Shown: positions 12,753 to 26,590 of the stretch, in pieces
How positions within the stretch are numbered: position 1 is the first letter of the stretch
Layout of the letters: each line of letters opens with the position of its first letter
Origin: Octopus vulgaris
Lineage: Eukaryota
Direction of reading: 5' to 3'
NCBI GenBank assembly: GCA_951406725.2
Contig: OX597819.1
Location: 37,696,001 to 37,760,000, forward strand
DNA length: 64,000 nucleotides
The notes under the pieces: model-generated
The model's database searches: none
The model's input: the letters and a program-made list of their open reading frames with translations, nothing else
Told to the model about the DNA's origin: nothing
Position numbers and translations under genes: made by a program

Positions 12753-13944
12753 ATGTATGTATGTATGAATGAATGTACATATGTATGAATGTATGTGTGT
12801 TTGTGTGCTTGTGTGTGTGAATATATATAGTGATAAAAAGAAATAAACAGAAAAAAGTTTTATTCTCTGTAATTTAACTTCCATCTCCAAGAGCAGCATA
12901 GTGCCAGGGAAGTGACAAAGAAAAGTAAAAAACATGTATATATGTATGTAGATGTGTGTGTGTGTATGTATGTATATATGTATTCATGCATGTTTGTATG
13001 TATATGTGTGTGTATGAATATATATAGAAAAACAGACTGAAAAATTAGTTTTATTGTCTAGTTGAATTCCTGTTTCCAATGCAACTGACTAATGATGAGC
13101 TCAAACTGACCATTTCAAAACAAAGGGGCACACACACACACATACACACACAAACACATTAGCACTGCTAAGCTTTATTATTTCAGTAAGTCTTTGAAAT
13201 CTTTCTAACAGGTAAATACAAAATATGTTCCAAAATTTACATTTTGATTTTTGTTTTAATTATAAAATTTACATCTCTCAACAGCTAAAAGCATTTTTTG
13301 TTCAAATGTTTTTTTTGTTTTTTTTTTTTCTAAGCATTTTCTTCAGACAAAATAGCAAACTGGGGCAAAATGAGTCATTTCTGATTTATTGTTATTTTTT
13401 TCCTTACTAGTTTGTAAACATTTTATTGTATTTTACATTCTGAAACATTTTCAACTCTTATTTAAAAAAATAAAAAATCTCTTTTCTCTCCTTTATTGTA
13501 TTTTCACTATGAAGAAAAAGCCAAATACCGTGTGAAAAATGAAATTAGAATTTTGAAAATGTATAAAAGGAATATTTTTTATTGAAGAAATGTATAATGG
13601 GATAAAAAAAAGTATCACTTGTTTTCCCTTTTGTGTACCATTTAACAACAGTTTGTCACAGAAGCACCTTGTTTCAAATAAAATTAAATTTGAGGGGAAT
13701 TATATCAAGTCAAGTAGAAATGAATATATTATGTCATGTATAAAAAAAAATCTTACAGCATGTCAAAACTATGAAAATAACTGGGGACAGGGCTTGGCAG
13801 AGGTAAAGGACATGCACCGTACCCGCTTCCGCTTTTTTTTTTTACTTTTTGGCTGGGGATTTCTACAGAAAGCCCACTTTTTCGACTGCAGGGATTCCAA
13901 ATCTGCAAATAAATTTACATTTCAAAGCTCTAATCCCCACCCTA

Positions 13945-14070
13945 CTCTAGGCACAAGGTCTGAAATTTTGGGGCAGGGAGCCAGTCGATTAGATCGACTC
14001 CATATGCAACTGGTACTTAATTTATCGACCCCGAAAGGATGAAAGGCAAAGTCGACCTTGGTAGAATTTG
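13945..14070 (-). mobile_element. Partial SINE family B
   Basis: Reverse complement of gcctttcatcctttcggggtcgataaattaagtacc. Confidence 0.8.
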
Positions 14071-14887
14071 AGCGTTCCCTAATATTGCCACTGCACTTAA
14101 GCTGTACTTGTCAATGCCTACCACAAGCTGTGAAGCAGAAAAGAATTTCTCAAAGCTTTCCGTTATAAAGAATAAATTTCGGTCTTCCATGACTGAAGAG
14201 CACTTAAATTCCTTCTCCATATTGTTTCTAGAAAATGATATTGCAAGGAAGCTCTCATGACAAAACAGTAAGGGAATATGTTGCTATAAGAAATTAAAAA
14301 AAAAACAGGAAAAAAGAGTATTTTGTAATTTTCATATGTATCTTAAATTTGAGATTAATATTAGATTATAACAACTGTGGTATTTATTATGTTTTATGTC
14401 TTTATTATATGATGCATCATGCATGTATATAATACTTCCCTTATTTTCAGCCCCCATAACTCTAAAAGTATAAGGTATAGTGCGGAAAATATTTGTTCAC
14501 ACCAGTGACTTTGAGGATCACAATCTGAAATGTGCTTAAATATGTAAAGAAAATTGTGGTGATCTGCCATGGAACAACCACATCGACAAAGATATCGGTG
14601 CTTACCCACACCTTGTTTCTGGTGGAAAGAGGGTTCACTGTCAGACTCATCTTTAAGGACACCACATAACCACTTCACCATATGGGCTATTAGGGCCTCA
14701 AGGCTGGATTTCTTGCAAGGGCAAGGATATTCTTTGACACTTGTTGGATGTTATCCTTCTGTTGCTGGTTGTATAGGGGGCCCCCATAACATTTTAAGTT
14801 TCAGGGCCCCAATATTGTAGATCCGCCACTTGTGTATATATCTATATCTATCTATCTACATATCTATGATGATGATGATGATGATAT

Positions 14888-14888
<1 letters not shown>

Positions 14889-14944
<56 letters not shown>

Positions 14945-15180
14945 GTTTAGATTCCGCTTTCCATGCTAGCATGGGTTGGACGGTTCAACTGGAGTCTGGG
15001 AAGCCAGAAGGCTGCACCAGGCCCAGTCTGATCTGGCAATGTTTCTACGGCTGGATGCCCTTCGTAACGCCAACCACTCCGTGAGTGTAGTGGGTGCTTT
15101 TTACGTGCCACCAGCACAGGTGCCAGATGAGGCTGGCAAACGGCCATGATCGGATGGTGCTTTTTACGTGCCACCGACAC
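14889..15180 (-). mobile_element. RTE 3' tail copy
   Basis: (CAT)n plus reverse complement of 3270-3523. Confidence 0.85.
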
Positions 15181-15637
15181 GAGTGGCACCGATATATTCA
15201 CACACACACGCACACATATATTAAATAGGTAGCTCTTCAAGAGCATGATTATCTATTACCAATGCAAAATATATTACATCACATACTGCATAACAATACA
15301 TAAATCTGCATTGCTGTGTAAGTACCCCATTTCTTCAGATGATATTCAACCATCATTTGGCTGAATGTATTTTTTGTACTAGTTATAACGTTGATACATA
15401 CGATGATTTGCAGGATATTCAGGACCAGTTAACAACAACTATTTAACTTTGTTGGGACTGCCATACTGGTCACTTGAATGACCTGGAATACTTTCTGTTT
15501 AGGTGTATATATATATATATATATATAAACAACTTAATTGTGCTCATGACTTGTGCGGTACTTAATTGTGCTCATGACTTAGTGTTTGCTTCTTGCATGG
15601 GTATGAGTAAGTATTTCTCTTATTTCTTTGCCGCATT

Positions 15638-15690
15638 TATCACTGACGAAGGGAAGGTTCTTATGAACTAACTCTGAAATCAGTTCGATA
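15638..15690 (+). ncRNA. Degenerate type-I hammerhead motif
   Basis: tatca CTGACGA aggg..gttc ttat gaac..ctct GAAA tcag TT cgata. Confidence 0.5.
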
Positions 15691-15919
15691 TGGTAATAAC
15701 GCAATTTTTTAGAAATTTCTGTTGACCTTTTTCGAGTAATGTGCTTATTGTGATAAATTATATGGTTATGGACAATGTGTCTAGTTTCGGCATATTTGGC
15801 ATTAGAAATTTTTTCGTTTGCCCTTATTTATAAGTTGTTTATAAATTTAACCTTAAAAGGTATTTTTTAATATGCTGGCCATTGATAAAAAATTTTTCGA
15901 AAAATTTTATCCTACATTA

Positions 15920-15950
<31 letters not shown>

Positions 15951-16227
15951 TTCAATAGAGCAAACTTACTCAGATTACATAGACTCAAAGAATTAGAGAG
16001 GAGAAAGTGTTAGAAGTACAACAGCTGTTTCTGAGGGCTTGAAGTTACCTCATAATGTTGGCAGATGTAGTTCATCAAATATTGGCAGCCAGTAATGGAA
16101 GCAAATAAGCATTGATAAAATTCAGAGCCTCCTTCATCAGGGTGGATAAGTAAGAGTCTAACCTTTGCTCAATTAAAAATATATATATACATATATAAAT
16201 GAGTAACAAAGATGTATAAGTTTCAAT

Positions 16228-16311
16228 TCATTACGGCTGTTTCGAGTGACTCCTTTAATTGATCAATGAAAGCATTCTATCATTACAAAGAAAACCATTC
16301 TCATCAGATGA
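16228..16311 (-). ncRNA. Type-I hammerhead ribozyme with canonical core
   Basis: Minus strand: tcat CTGATGA gaatgg...tcactc GAAAC agcc GTA atga. Confidence 0.75.
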
Positions 16312-16449
16312 CCGCATAGACTTCAAGCACAAAAGACAAGTTAGATATTTAAACATATTCAAATCATCAATAGGGAGCAAATATTTACAATGATTGTTAA
16401 TCATCTGAAAATTTTAAGCCTGTCTTCTCTTTTTACATGTATACATATA

Positions 16450-16841
16450 CTCTTTTACTTGTTTCAGAACTTATTCTTTGTAAGCCTAGACTTATTCTAT
16501 CGGTCTCTTTTACCAAACCGCTAAGTTACAGGGATGTAAACACACCAGCATCGGTTGTCAAGCAATATTGGGGGGACAAATACAGACACACAAACACACA
16601 CACATATATTCATACACATACATATATACGATGGGCTTCTTTCAGTTTCCATCTACCAAATCCACTCACAAGGCTTTGGTCCACTCGAGGCTTTAGTAGA
16701 AGACACTTGCCCAAGGTGTCACACAGTGGGACTGAATCCAGAGCCATGTGATTGGTAAGCAAGCTATTTACCACACAGCCACTCCTGCACCTACTTACCG
16801 CACAGCCACTCCTGCACCTTCTTACCGCACAGCCACTCCTG
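16450..16841 (-). mobile_element. SINE family A with triplicated 5' end
   Basis: Reverse complement of 5157-5566 with deletions; 24-bp head repeated three times at 16768-16841. Confidence 0.85.
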
Positions 16842-17050
16842 TATATTAAGACCCAAGGTCTTATCTGTTTATTTGAATCAGTGTTTCCATACTTGGATTC
16901 CCCTTATAACAAATCTTAACCCTGTTGATTAGGTCCTCGCTAAAGGTATCAGAGTGTATGTTCAAATCACTTGAGTGCTACTGAGTGTTTTCTGTATTGA
17001 GATTCTCTCAATCTCATCTGCTGACTACATACATACATACATACATACAT

Positions 17051-17111
<61 letters not shown>

Positions 17112-17559
17112 TGCGCACGCATATATATATATATATTGAAAAGCACAAAAGATTGTGGGTGTGTACCATCAAAATAGTATCCTCTTACTAAATTTTCAAT
17201 TGAATTTTATGCATGGATTAAAGAAGCATTTTGTATAGAATACTGGAAACCATTTCCTTTTTGATTGTTTCTATGGCTTTCTGTCCTTCTACCATGCTGG
17301 CATGGATTAGTTGAAACTTGTTAGGGTAGATATTCTTTTAGCCAGATTATCACCCAGCTATAAATCCCCATATATTTCTAAGTAATGCATGTTTTTTATT
17401 TATTTATTATTTATTTATTATTATTTTTTTTTATTCTACTGGTATTCACACATTGAATGCTGAAACTACATGATTTTATAGCTTCTAAGGATTATAAACA
17501 AAACATCATTTTTGCTCAGATGTTGTTAACAGCATGTGCAACAACAACATTCAGCTCCA

Positions 17560-17810
17560 CATACATCTCCAGTACTGTTCTGACCTCATCTACAGAATTC
17601 ATATTTTTTCCATCCAAATGATTTGGAAGACTGGAATAAATGATAATCAGATGGGGCAATTCCAGGCAAATATGATGGGTGGGGCATCGTTTCCTATTCA
17701 AACTGCTCCAGCCTTTGGAATGTCATCCTCGCCAAGGATAATGTGGCCAAGCATTATCCTGATGGAAGAACACCTTTTGTCTCGAAACCAAAGATGGCCC
17801 TTTTATTCAT
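17560..17810 (-). mobile_element. Mariner transposase fragment
   Basis: FFHQDNAWPH, MPHPSYLPGIAPSDYHLF, HLDGK on the minus strand. Confidence 0.8.
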
Positions 17811-17814
17811 CATA

Positions 17815-18975
17815 GTCCTCCAAGTAATAACAAAGGAATTCAAGACGGGTTGCCTCTGGGAGCTGATGACCTGGCCCTCGTAGCAGAATCACTACCGAAA
17901 CTAGAAAAGAAATTTCAGGTGTGGAAGCAAAGTTTAGAATCAAAAGGCTTTAGAGTCAATGTAGCAAAGACCAAAGTTCTAGTAAGCAGGAAGGTGAACT
18001 CATCACACACCCCATCAGGTAGGTAGCCCTGCTCGATCTGTAGAAAAGGTGGAGGTAGAAACTCCATAAGATGTACCCAGTGTAAGCTTTGGACACATAA
18101 GAGGTGCAGCAAAATCAAAGGAAGATTAATCAAGAAGATAGCTTTCGTGCACAGGGGCAATAAACACCATAGATGCTCAGAAAACAGATTCCATCACACT
18201 CCAGGGGGAGAAACTAGAAGTAGTTGACCAAGTTAGTAGTGGGGGTGGATGGTCAGAGAGTGTTACCACTAGAATAAGATTAGCCTAGGCAAAGATTAGA
18301 AAGCTTCTACCCCTACTGGTGATAAAAGGCCTCTTGCTCAGAGTGAAAGATAGATTGTACGATGCATGTGTGCAAACTGCCATGCTTCATGGCAGTGAAA
18401 CATAGCCTGTGACTGCGGAGGACATGCGTAGGCTTGAAAGAAATGAAGCTAGCATGATCCACTGGATGTGTAATGTCAGTGTGCGCACATGATAGAGGGT
18501 AAGTGCCCTGAGAGAAATGTTGGACATAAGAAGCATTGGATTTGGTGTGCAAGAGAGATGTTTGTGCTGGTATGGTAATCTACTATGGATGGATGAGGAG
18601 AGATGTGTGAAGAAGTGCCACTCCCAAACAGTTGAAGGAATCCATGGTAGAAGTAGACCCAGGAAGACATGGGATGAGATGGTCAAGCATGACCTTCGAA
18701 CGTTGGGTCTTACAGAGGCAATGACGAAAGACCGAGACCTCTGGAGATATGCTATGACTGTGAAGATCTGACAAATAAAGTAAGTTCATGGCTGTATCCT
18801 ACACTAGTTTTGCATAACCAGCCCCAGCCCATTAAAAAGTACCTTGGATTGTAGGGTGACCTGCTGTGCTTACCTTGGATCATAGGGCGACCTGCTGTGC
18901 TTGAGGAGACACATTGAGTCAAGTACATCAACATCGAAATAAAAATCAAATGGAAATTGTAATTGTGATACCCAG
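17815..18975 (+). mobile_element. Decayed RTE LINE fragment
   Basis: ADDLALVAESL, PCSICRKG, LYDACVQTAMLHGSET, RPRKTWDEMVKHDLRTLGL. Confidence 0.9.
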
Positions 18976-19384
18976 GATATTTTTTGAACAACGAAAGACA
19001 CAAATGGAAAACAAGACATTGTGCACACACACACACACACACACACATCCCCTTCTTCATTCATTCTTTTTCCTCTAGTTTTCTGGATTGAATAAAGATT
19101 GATTAAAAATCTGCTTATCAACATGCCCCACTAATAATGCCCCCACCACCACCACCACCACACACACATTTACAATACTAACTTATCTCATCCCTGCTCC
19201 CTCCGACTCACCACATCTACTTCTATTCAATCCCTTGATTACTCACCTCCCCACTCTGCCTCCCTTCTGTGTATTTGTTATCTCTTTTGCTTTTCCTCAA
19301 CCCCTACCCCTCTATAAGCCACTTGCATCTTCCAACTCCCTATCTTTTACTCTTCTCTTATCCCATTCGACATGTCGTGCAAAT

Positions 19385-19715
19385 TGACCCCAGGACTTAT
19401 TCTTTGGAAGCCTAGTACTTATTCTATCGGTCTCTTTTGCCGAACCTCTAAGTTACGGGGACGTAAACACACCAGCATCAGTTGTCAAGCGATGTTGGGG
19501 GGACAAACGCAGACACACAAACATATACACACACATACATACATACATATATACAACGGGCTTCTTTCAGTTTCTGTCTACCAAATCCACTCACAAGGCT
19601 TTGGTTGGCCCAAGGCTATAGTAGAAGACACTTGCCCAAGGTGCCACGCAGTGGGACTGAACCCAGGACCATGTGGTTGGTAAGCAAGCTACTTACCACA
19701 CAGCCACTCCTATGC
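19385..19715 (-). mobile_element. SINE family A
   Basis: Reverse complement of 5157-5490. Confidence 0.85.
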
Positions 19716-19986
19716 CATGAGCTTATATATTGACTGTACACACACACACACACGAAACAAGCCACTTTCAGTCTATCAGTTCTATTCACAAGGCATTGCT
19801 CAGCCTAAGGCAATGAACGTTATTTGCCAAAGGTTCTATGCAGTTGAACTAAATCATGAAACAACATTGTTGCATTCAAAAAAGCATCAAAGACATTGCC
19901 ATTTTTCCCAAGTATGAAACTAATACACCTGCTTGTTGTTTGTTCCCTCACTTGTCTCTGTCTTTTGTTTTCTGTGCATTTGAAGC

Positions 19987-20017
<31 letters not shown>

Positions 20018-20404
20018 TATGTGTATAGGCACATATACGTACATTCATGCAAGCATGTGTACATACATACACACGTAGAAACATACAGATATATCTATAA
20101 ACATCTACTTATACAAGCTTTAATTTCACAGCTATGAAGATTGCTACAAGTGTGATTCAAAGTTTAGATAATCTTTCTCCTTCTCATTTTGGCGTTGGAA
20201 ATTATATAATTTTCTTCCCTAAACTAAACAAACGTATGATTACATAAAGCATTATTATATAATATAATATAGATTATTCACCCTAATATATAGGTAAAGT
20301 ATAAATACATGCACATCTAATTGTGTCTGAAAGAGAAGCACTCTTATTGTGTATGTATATTGTGTATATGTATATGTATGTATTATGTGCGTGTGTGTGT
20401 GTGT

Positions 20405-20456
<52 letters not shown>

Positions 20457-20780
20457 ATATGCAAGTATGCATGTGTGTGTGCAAGCATACACTCATGTAT
20501 AGATATGTGCATGTGCAGACACACATACATATACATATCTATACATCTCAAGCAGGTTTCAGCAGGCAACAGCTTAGGTCATGGGTAATTTAATAGCAAT
20601 ATATTACATAAGTGCTCTATCTTTCACATATACAAAACACATCACTAATATGTATGTATACAGGCAAACACACACACACACACACACGCACACGCACACA
20701 AATAATGATAAAGTAAAAGTTTACTATGAGCATCTTCCTTTCTTTGATACAAATTCTCACCTACCAAAATCTTCAGCTTC

Positions 20781-20845
<65 letters not shown>

Positions 20846-21740
20846 TGTATGTATATTTATGAATGTGTGTATGCACATGCGCACGTGCACACACACACAC
20901 ACATAATCATATATATGTATATGTATGTAAGTGTATGTTTATATATGTGTACATATCTATATCTATCTATATATATATATATATATAGCAAGAGAGAGAG
21001 AAGGAGACATATATATATATATATAGGTGCGTTTGTGCAAGTGTGTTTGTGTGTTTACTGTAATCTTCTTGAATTTCTTCCATCCTATACACCACCTGCT
21101 GTCTTCTATTCTGTTCGTGGTTACTTAAATTTCCTTCTCAATTGCATCACTTCCACAGCTTCACTCTTGACTCTTACAGCCACTGGCCCAGCAGTGCAGT
21201 ATGTGTGATTGTGTATGTGCGTGCATGGGTGTGTGTTTGTGTGTATGTGTGATTGTGTGTGTGTGTAGTTATAGGTGAAAAGTCGTAATTAGCTCTCTAC
21301 CTTATATCACACGTGTATCAACTTGGTTATTCTGCACAGTCACTTGCATGTGTGCATCAATGCAATCAGTTAAACAGGTATTCATGGTTGCATAGAACTT
21401 GCTATGTCATTCAAGAAAGAGTTTTTGCAACTACAGTAAAGAATATGAACCCCATTTTGTCAAGCAGAATAAACAGATGAAAGGACTAAACCCCTTTTTG
21501 CTAGACATGAGCTACAATACAAGCATACACACAAACAATTAAATTGAATATGTGATTATGTGTGTGTGTGTGTGTGTGTGTGTGTCTGTGTGTGTGTCTG
21601 TGTGTGTATGTGTGTCTGTGTGTGTGTGAGAGAGAGGAGAGAGTGTGTGTGTGTGTATAACTGGGACTTGGCAATAAATTTAACTCTGTTGTGAAAGAGA
21701 GAGGACAAGTGGTGCAGTAAGAATGCATATTGAATGCAAA

Positions 21741-21972
21741 AGGCAGCGAGCTGGCAGAATCGTTAGCATGCCGGGTGAAATGCTTAGCAGTATTTTGTCT
21801 GTCTTTACATTCTGAGTTCAAATTCCGCCGAGGTTGACTTTGCCTTTCATCCTTTCGGGGTCGATAAATTAAGTACCAGTTACGCACTAGGGTCGATGTA
21901 ATCGACTTAATCCCTTTGTCTGTCCTTGTTTGTCCCCTCTGTGTTTAGCCCCTTGTGGGCAATAAGGAAATA
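21741..21972 (+). mobile_element. Full-length SINE family B (tRNA-like head, Deu/Nin-like central domain)
   Basis: gagctggcagaatcgttagc..gagttcaaattcc..cctttcatcctttcggggtcgataaattaagtacc; tail agccccttgtgggcaataa. Confidence 0.85.
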
Positions 21973-22045
21973 AGAATGGATATTGAACACAGTAAAAACA
22001 TCTGGCCCAGAGTCACAACATCTCACTTAGCAATACTAGTGCTGT

Positions 22046-22259
22046 TACAAGGGGATACTGAAAACTTCCTGGCTTTGGGTAAAGAAAAAACACAGGAGAA
22101 TCAGTTAATTATATTTTATCCAACGTATTCCTCTCTCAGATTCACACACTTATTGCAACAGTCCTTCAATTTTTCTAGGCCCTGTAAAAGAACTTGGAAG
22201 GTTGGGGCTCCAGCCATACCTCTTGCGATACCCTTAAAACTAGGAACATTTGTCACCTA
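22046..22259 (-). mobile_element. Mariner-derived MITE
   Basis: Reverse copy of 44313-44533. Confidence 0.75.
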
Positions 22260-22825
22260 CATTGGTGGATGACCCAGGCCATCTCTGGTGTTGCAGCAGA
22301 AGGGGTTAAAATGTCTATAGAGCTGCTTCGAAGCTTGATGAGACATCAATTCCTACATTCAGAGTCTGAGTACAGCAGCACCCTGAGCACCCTAAAATGC
22401 AATATTAAGTCACTCCATCAGTAGATGCCTGACTTTTTTTTTCTTTTTTATACTAGCTTTAGAATAATTACTTACTCCAGCCTTCAGATTAATACTGATA
22501 CCTGGCACCTTAGGTGCCTTTAGTGGAAGGGTCCACTCCATAAAGAATAATGACCCATAAAGTATAATGAGCACTATCCTTTGCTTCAGAGTAAGTGATA
22601 ATAAAAAAAAAATGTCTGTGCAAATATTTAATGCATTTGAAAGCAGAGTGTGTTATTTCATATTTCAAAGTTTGCTCACAACAAGAATCAACACAGTTGT
22701 ATACATTGGCATTTCTTGTTGCAGTTATGCTTTTCCCTAGATGAAGCATCTTCTGACTTATGAATATGATATAATGTACATATAATATATATATACACAC
22801 ACAAACATATACATACACACACATT

Positions 22826-22877
<52 letters not shown>

Positions 22878-23055
22878 GAGAAAGAAGCAACCCACATTAC
22901 TGTATGGTTAACACCATATAGTTTTCTGGTGCATCTAAGTTAAGTACCATATTCAAGTAAATTCATTGGAATTGACTTGAATCTTAATTGCTTTTATTGA
23001 GTATACACATATACATATACACACATATACATATATATATACATATATATACATT

Positions 23056-23093
<38 letters not shown>

Positions 23094-23119
23094 CATATAA
23101 ATACATACATATATATATT

Positions 23120-23176
<57 letters not shown>

Positions 23177-23257
23177 ATACATACATATATATATTTACAC
23201 ACATATATATATATACATATATATATATACATATATATATACATATATATACATACA

Positions 23258-23290
<33 letters not shown>

Positions 23291-23309
23291 GTATATATAT
23301 GCACACGCA

Positions 23310-23600
23310 TGGTGGTTGTCTACTCCTTATGCAGAGTCTGACCACTTCTTGTACCTACACCTTTGATCCATCATGCCGTCTGATGAGGCTTTATAAACCA
23401 GAGAATGTATTGGTAAGACACCCACATAGATTGCAGTTAAGTTCTGACCTTTGTGGATCTTAAAATGTCTTTTGAGGCCTCTGTTAGATTTGCAGACCTT
23501 ATGACATGCACGGCATTGAGAGATGCACACAGAACCCATAGACAGAATAGTTGGTAGAGGCTCATTTTTCATGAGTCCGCAAATGAGATTTGAACCCACA
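23310..23600 (-). mobile_element. RTE-type 3' end with C2H2 finger
   Basis: [21 protein letters not shown] in ORF 23327-23752. Confidence 0.55.
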
Positions 23601-23629
23601 TATATATGTATACACACACATACATTGAG

Positions 23630-23900
23630 CAAGGTTGTTACCAGTGCCACTGGACTGGCTTCTGTGCAGGTGGCATGTAAAAAACACCATTTGAGCGTGG
23701 CCGTTGCCAGTACCGCCTGACTGGCCCTTGTGCTAATGGCATGTAAATCCACCCATTACACTCTCAGAGTGGTTGGCGTTAGGAAGGGCATCCAGCTGTA
23801 GAAACACTGCCAGATCAGATTGGAGCCTGGTGCAGCCATCTGGTTCCCCAGTCTTCAGTCAAATCGTCCAACCCATACTAGCATAGAAAACGGATGCTAA

Positions 23901-23935
<35 letters not shown>
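23630..23935 (+). mobile_element. RTE 3' tail copy
   Basis: ggtggcatgtaaaaaacacc units plus conserved tail and (TGA)n. Confidence 0.85.
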
Positions 23936-24671
23936 ACATACAAACATGTGTGTGGGTGTGTGTGTGTGTATGTACGTATGAATATGTATGAATAGACATA
24001 TATACACACATACACACAAAGACATGCGCACATGTACACACACACATATATATGTACATCTATCTTTGTTGGAAGCCAGCTCTTTCCTTAGAGGAAGAAA
24101 TCAAATGATTAAAAACAGAAAACAAGCATGCATACAAACATACATACACACAGATACATCACACACACACACAGATACACACACAACATATAAATATGCA
24201 CTGATATTGCTGTGCACATTTATATTGATGTATAATTAAATAGTTCACTTTACAACTGCATGATTTAAGGTTCGATCCCTAAAACCACATAGTTGTAGCA
24301 CTCCGAGCAAGTGGCTTTTGCTACAGTAGCATACCAACCAAAGCCTTGTCAGTGAATTTAGCCACAGAAATTGAAAAAGAAGCCCGTGTGTGTGTGTGTA
24401 AGAGAGAGAGAGAGTGTGCATGTGCATGAGCACATCTCGGCATTTTGGCATCGCATGCTAACATTAAACAAATATCACCATCATATATGCAGTTCTGTTT
24501 CTTTCCAAGATAATGAGTAGGTGTATACCAACACATTATCCTCACCAGCGCCCTTCAAGCACAAATCTCATCCTTAAAAACTTCTGCGACCACATTGATA
24601 AACATGAAGGAATGTACTGGCAACTTTTAAACTTAAAAAAATTTTTTTTTAATTTCTGAAAAAAAAATGTC

Positions 24672-25088
24672 GGATCTTTTCGGTTTGAACGGCAGTTTTT
24701 TCTAGCGGTGTCATATGAAATTGTCACCCATAATTATGACCCTAGTATTGATCTATTGCATTTCAATCTCTTTTAGGGTTAGGGTTAGGGGTGGGGAGAA
24801 GGGTATCTTTTCTTCTTCACAAATGTAAATAAACCCAATCTGTTTCTTAAACGAGGGACATATTCATAAGGCACAGAATGTTTTTTACTTCAATGGACTT
24901 CATTGATTGGTTGAAATTGCAGAAATTGAAGAAAAACAACAACAAATATCTTACAAACTATAGAATTTTCTCAATAAAGCCAAGAGAAAAAGATGTTTTA
25001 TAAACACATTCTACCAGTATACGAAGTTTAACATTTCTTAGTTACCTAGAAATTATGTTAAAAACTGCCATTCAAACCAAAAAGATCC
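24672..25088. mobile_element. MITE with GG termini (Merlin-like) and internal (TTAGGG)3
   Basis: 29-bp TIRs ggatcttttcggtttgaacggcagttttt / aaaaactgccattcaaaccaaaaagatcc; 8-bp TSD aaaatgtc / aaaatatc. Confidence 0.75.
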
Positions 25089-25901
25089 AAAATATCTTCT
25101 GGAACTTTAAATGTGAATTTCCAAGGGTCACCTCACAGTTCATGTAATTTATTAAAATCTCACCCTTCCATACTGGCTCAGCTTATCATTTTTTCATTTT
25201 TTTCATCATTTTACAATTTTGTCATTTTTCAATTTTAGCTTTTTGTTTCTCCACTACTAATTGCTAGTTTCTCAATTGTCACTTCATTCTACCTGTTCAC
25301 AAGTGCCTTAACTCATACCCATACTAACTTCTCTAAGCTTAGAATCTCTTATTTCTTTCTGACACTACACTTTACTCCCCACTTTCACCTTCCCAACTTC
25401 TCCTACTAATGACATTACCCTGTTGTCTCTCTGTACCATTTCTTTCCAATCTTCTGCAAAAACATATCTGGACTGGGGGAAAAATATTACTTTATTTGGA
25501 ACATGTGTGGGTTGTTGACTGGAAAAGAATTTGGCCAGAGAAAATCCACCACATCTAATTTTATCTTATCCATATAAGCATGGAAAATAGGCTTTTAAAA
25601 ATGTAAACGTAAAATATTATTTTATCTTCTGTATTCAATTACTTTTTTCAGTTTTTTTTTTTTGTGAAGTTCAACTTGACCAAACTCCCGAATAGTTTAG
25701 ATACAGCAATTCACAGTGAATCAACATTCCCAGATGAAATAAAAATTGTCAGCTTCTTTATAAAGCAATTCATCCTAAAATATTGTGAATTCATGTGATA
25801 ATATTTATTTTAAACATTAATAAATCTTGGCAAGTGTGTGTGTGTATGTGCGTGTTCATACATGCATACATACATACAAACATACATACATGCAAACATA
25901 T

Positions 25902-25956
<55 letters not shown>

Positions 25957-25980
25957 CACATACAAACATACATACATATA

Positions 25981-26272
25981 TGATCACATGATCACGGGAT
26001 TGACCAGACTATCAGACATTACACATCAATAGTCACAATGTGCTTTGCATCATTTTAGCTTTCAAATGATGTCAGCCCACTGGCTAGGTGGGCAGACCAA
26101 CATTCCCCCTGACAGGAAGGTTAGTTCATTACAGGGTTACCCATTTACAGCTGGAGCAATGTGAAATGAAGTGCTTTATTCAAGAACACAATATGCAGCT
26201 CGGTCTGGGAATTGAACCCACGGTCATTAGATTGTGAACGTAACACCCTGACCTCTAGACCACATGCCTTCA
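25981..26272 (-). mobile_element. Degenerate tRNA-derived SINE sharing the family D tail
   Basis: Tail similar to reverse complement of 38200-38309; tRNA-like head near 26200-26270. Confidence 0.65.
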
Positions 26273-26275
26273 CTC

Positions 26276-26315
<40 letters not shown>

Positions 26316-26590
26316 CGTAATATATGTGTGTAAAAAGGTTGAATTAAATTTCGTCCTTTAATTTGGAAGATTCCAAACAAGATTTCTAATATAGTTTCTT
26401 CATATTTTGCTGGTACCTTACTGGTGTAAGTTTACAAATATGAAAATAATACTTGTATATGGTGTGTTATGTGAATTTAAAGATAGGAATCCCAATAAAC
26501 TCAACAAATTTGTTAAAAATGGAGAAGAGAAGATGTTAAAATGTAAAAGAATTTTAATTCATGCAGATGATTGTTTTGAACAGTGATATA

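Larger units (their letters stand above)
12165..14831 (+). mobile_element. Internally deleted hAT element (Tip100-like) with nested insertions
   Basis: TIRs cagtggcggatcta / tagatccgccact; 8-bp TSD gtgtatat on both sides; FPNIATALKLYLSMPTTSCEAEKNFSKLSVIKNKFRSSM at about 14075-14260. Confidence 0.9.

Noticed and set aside
24773-24790. Telomere or chromosome-fusion scar
   Set aside because: Only three units, inside a MITE
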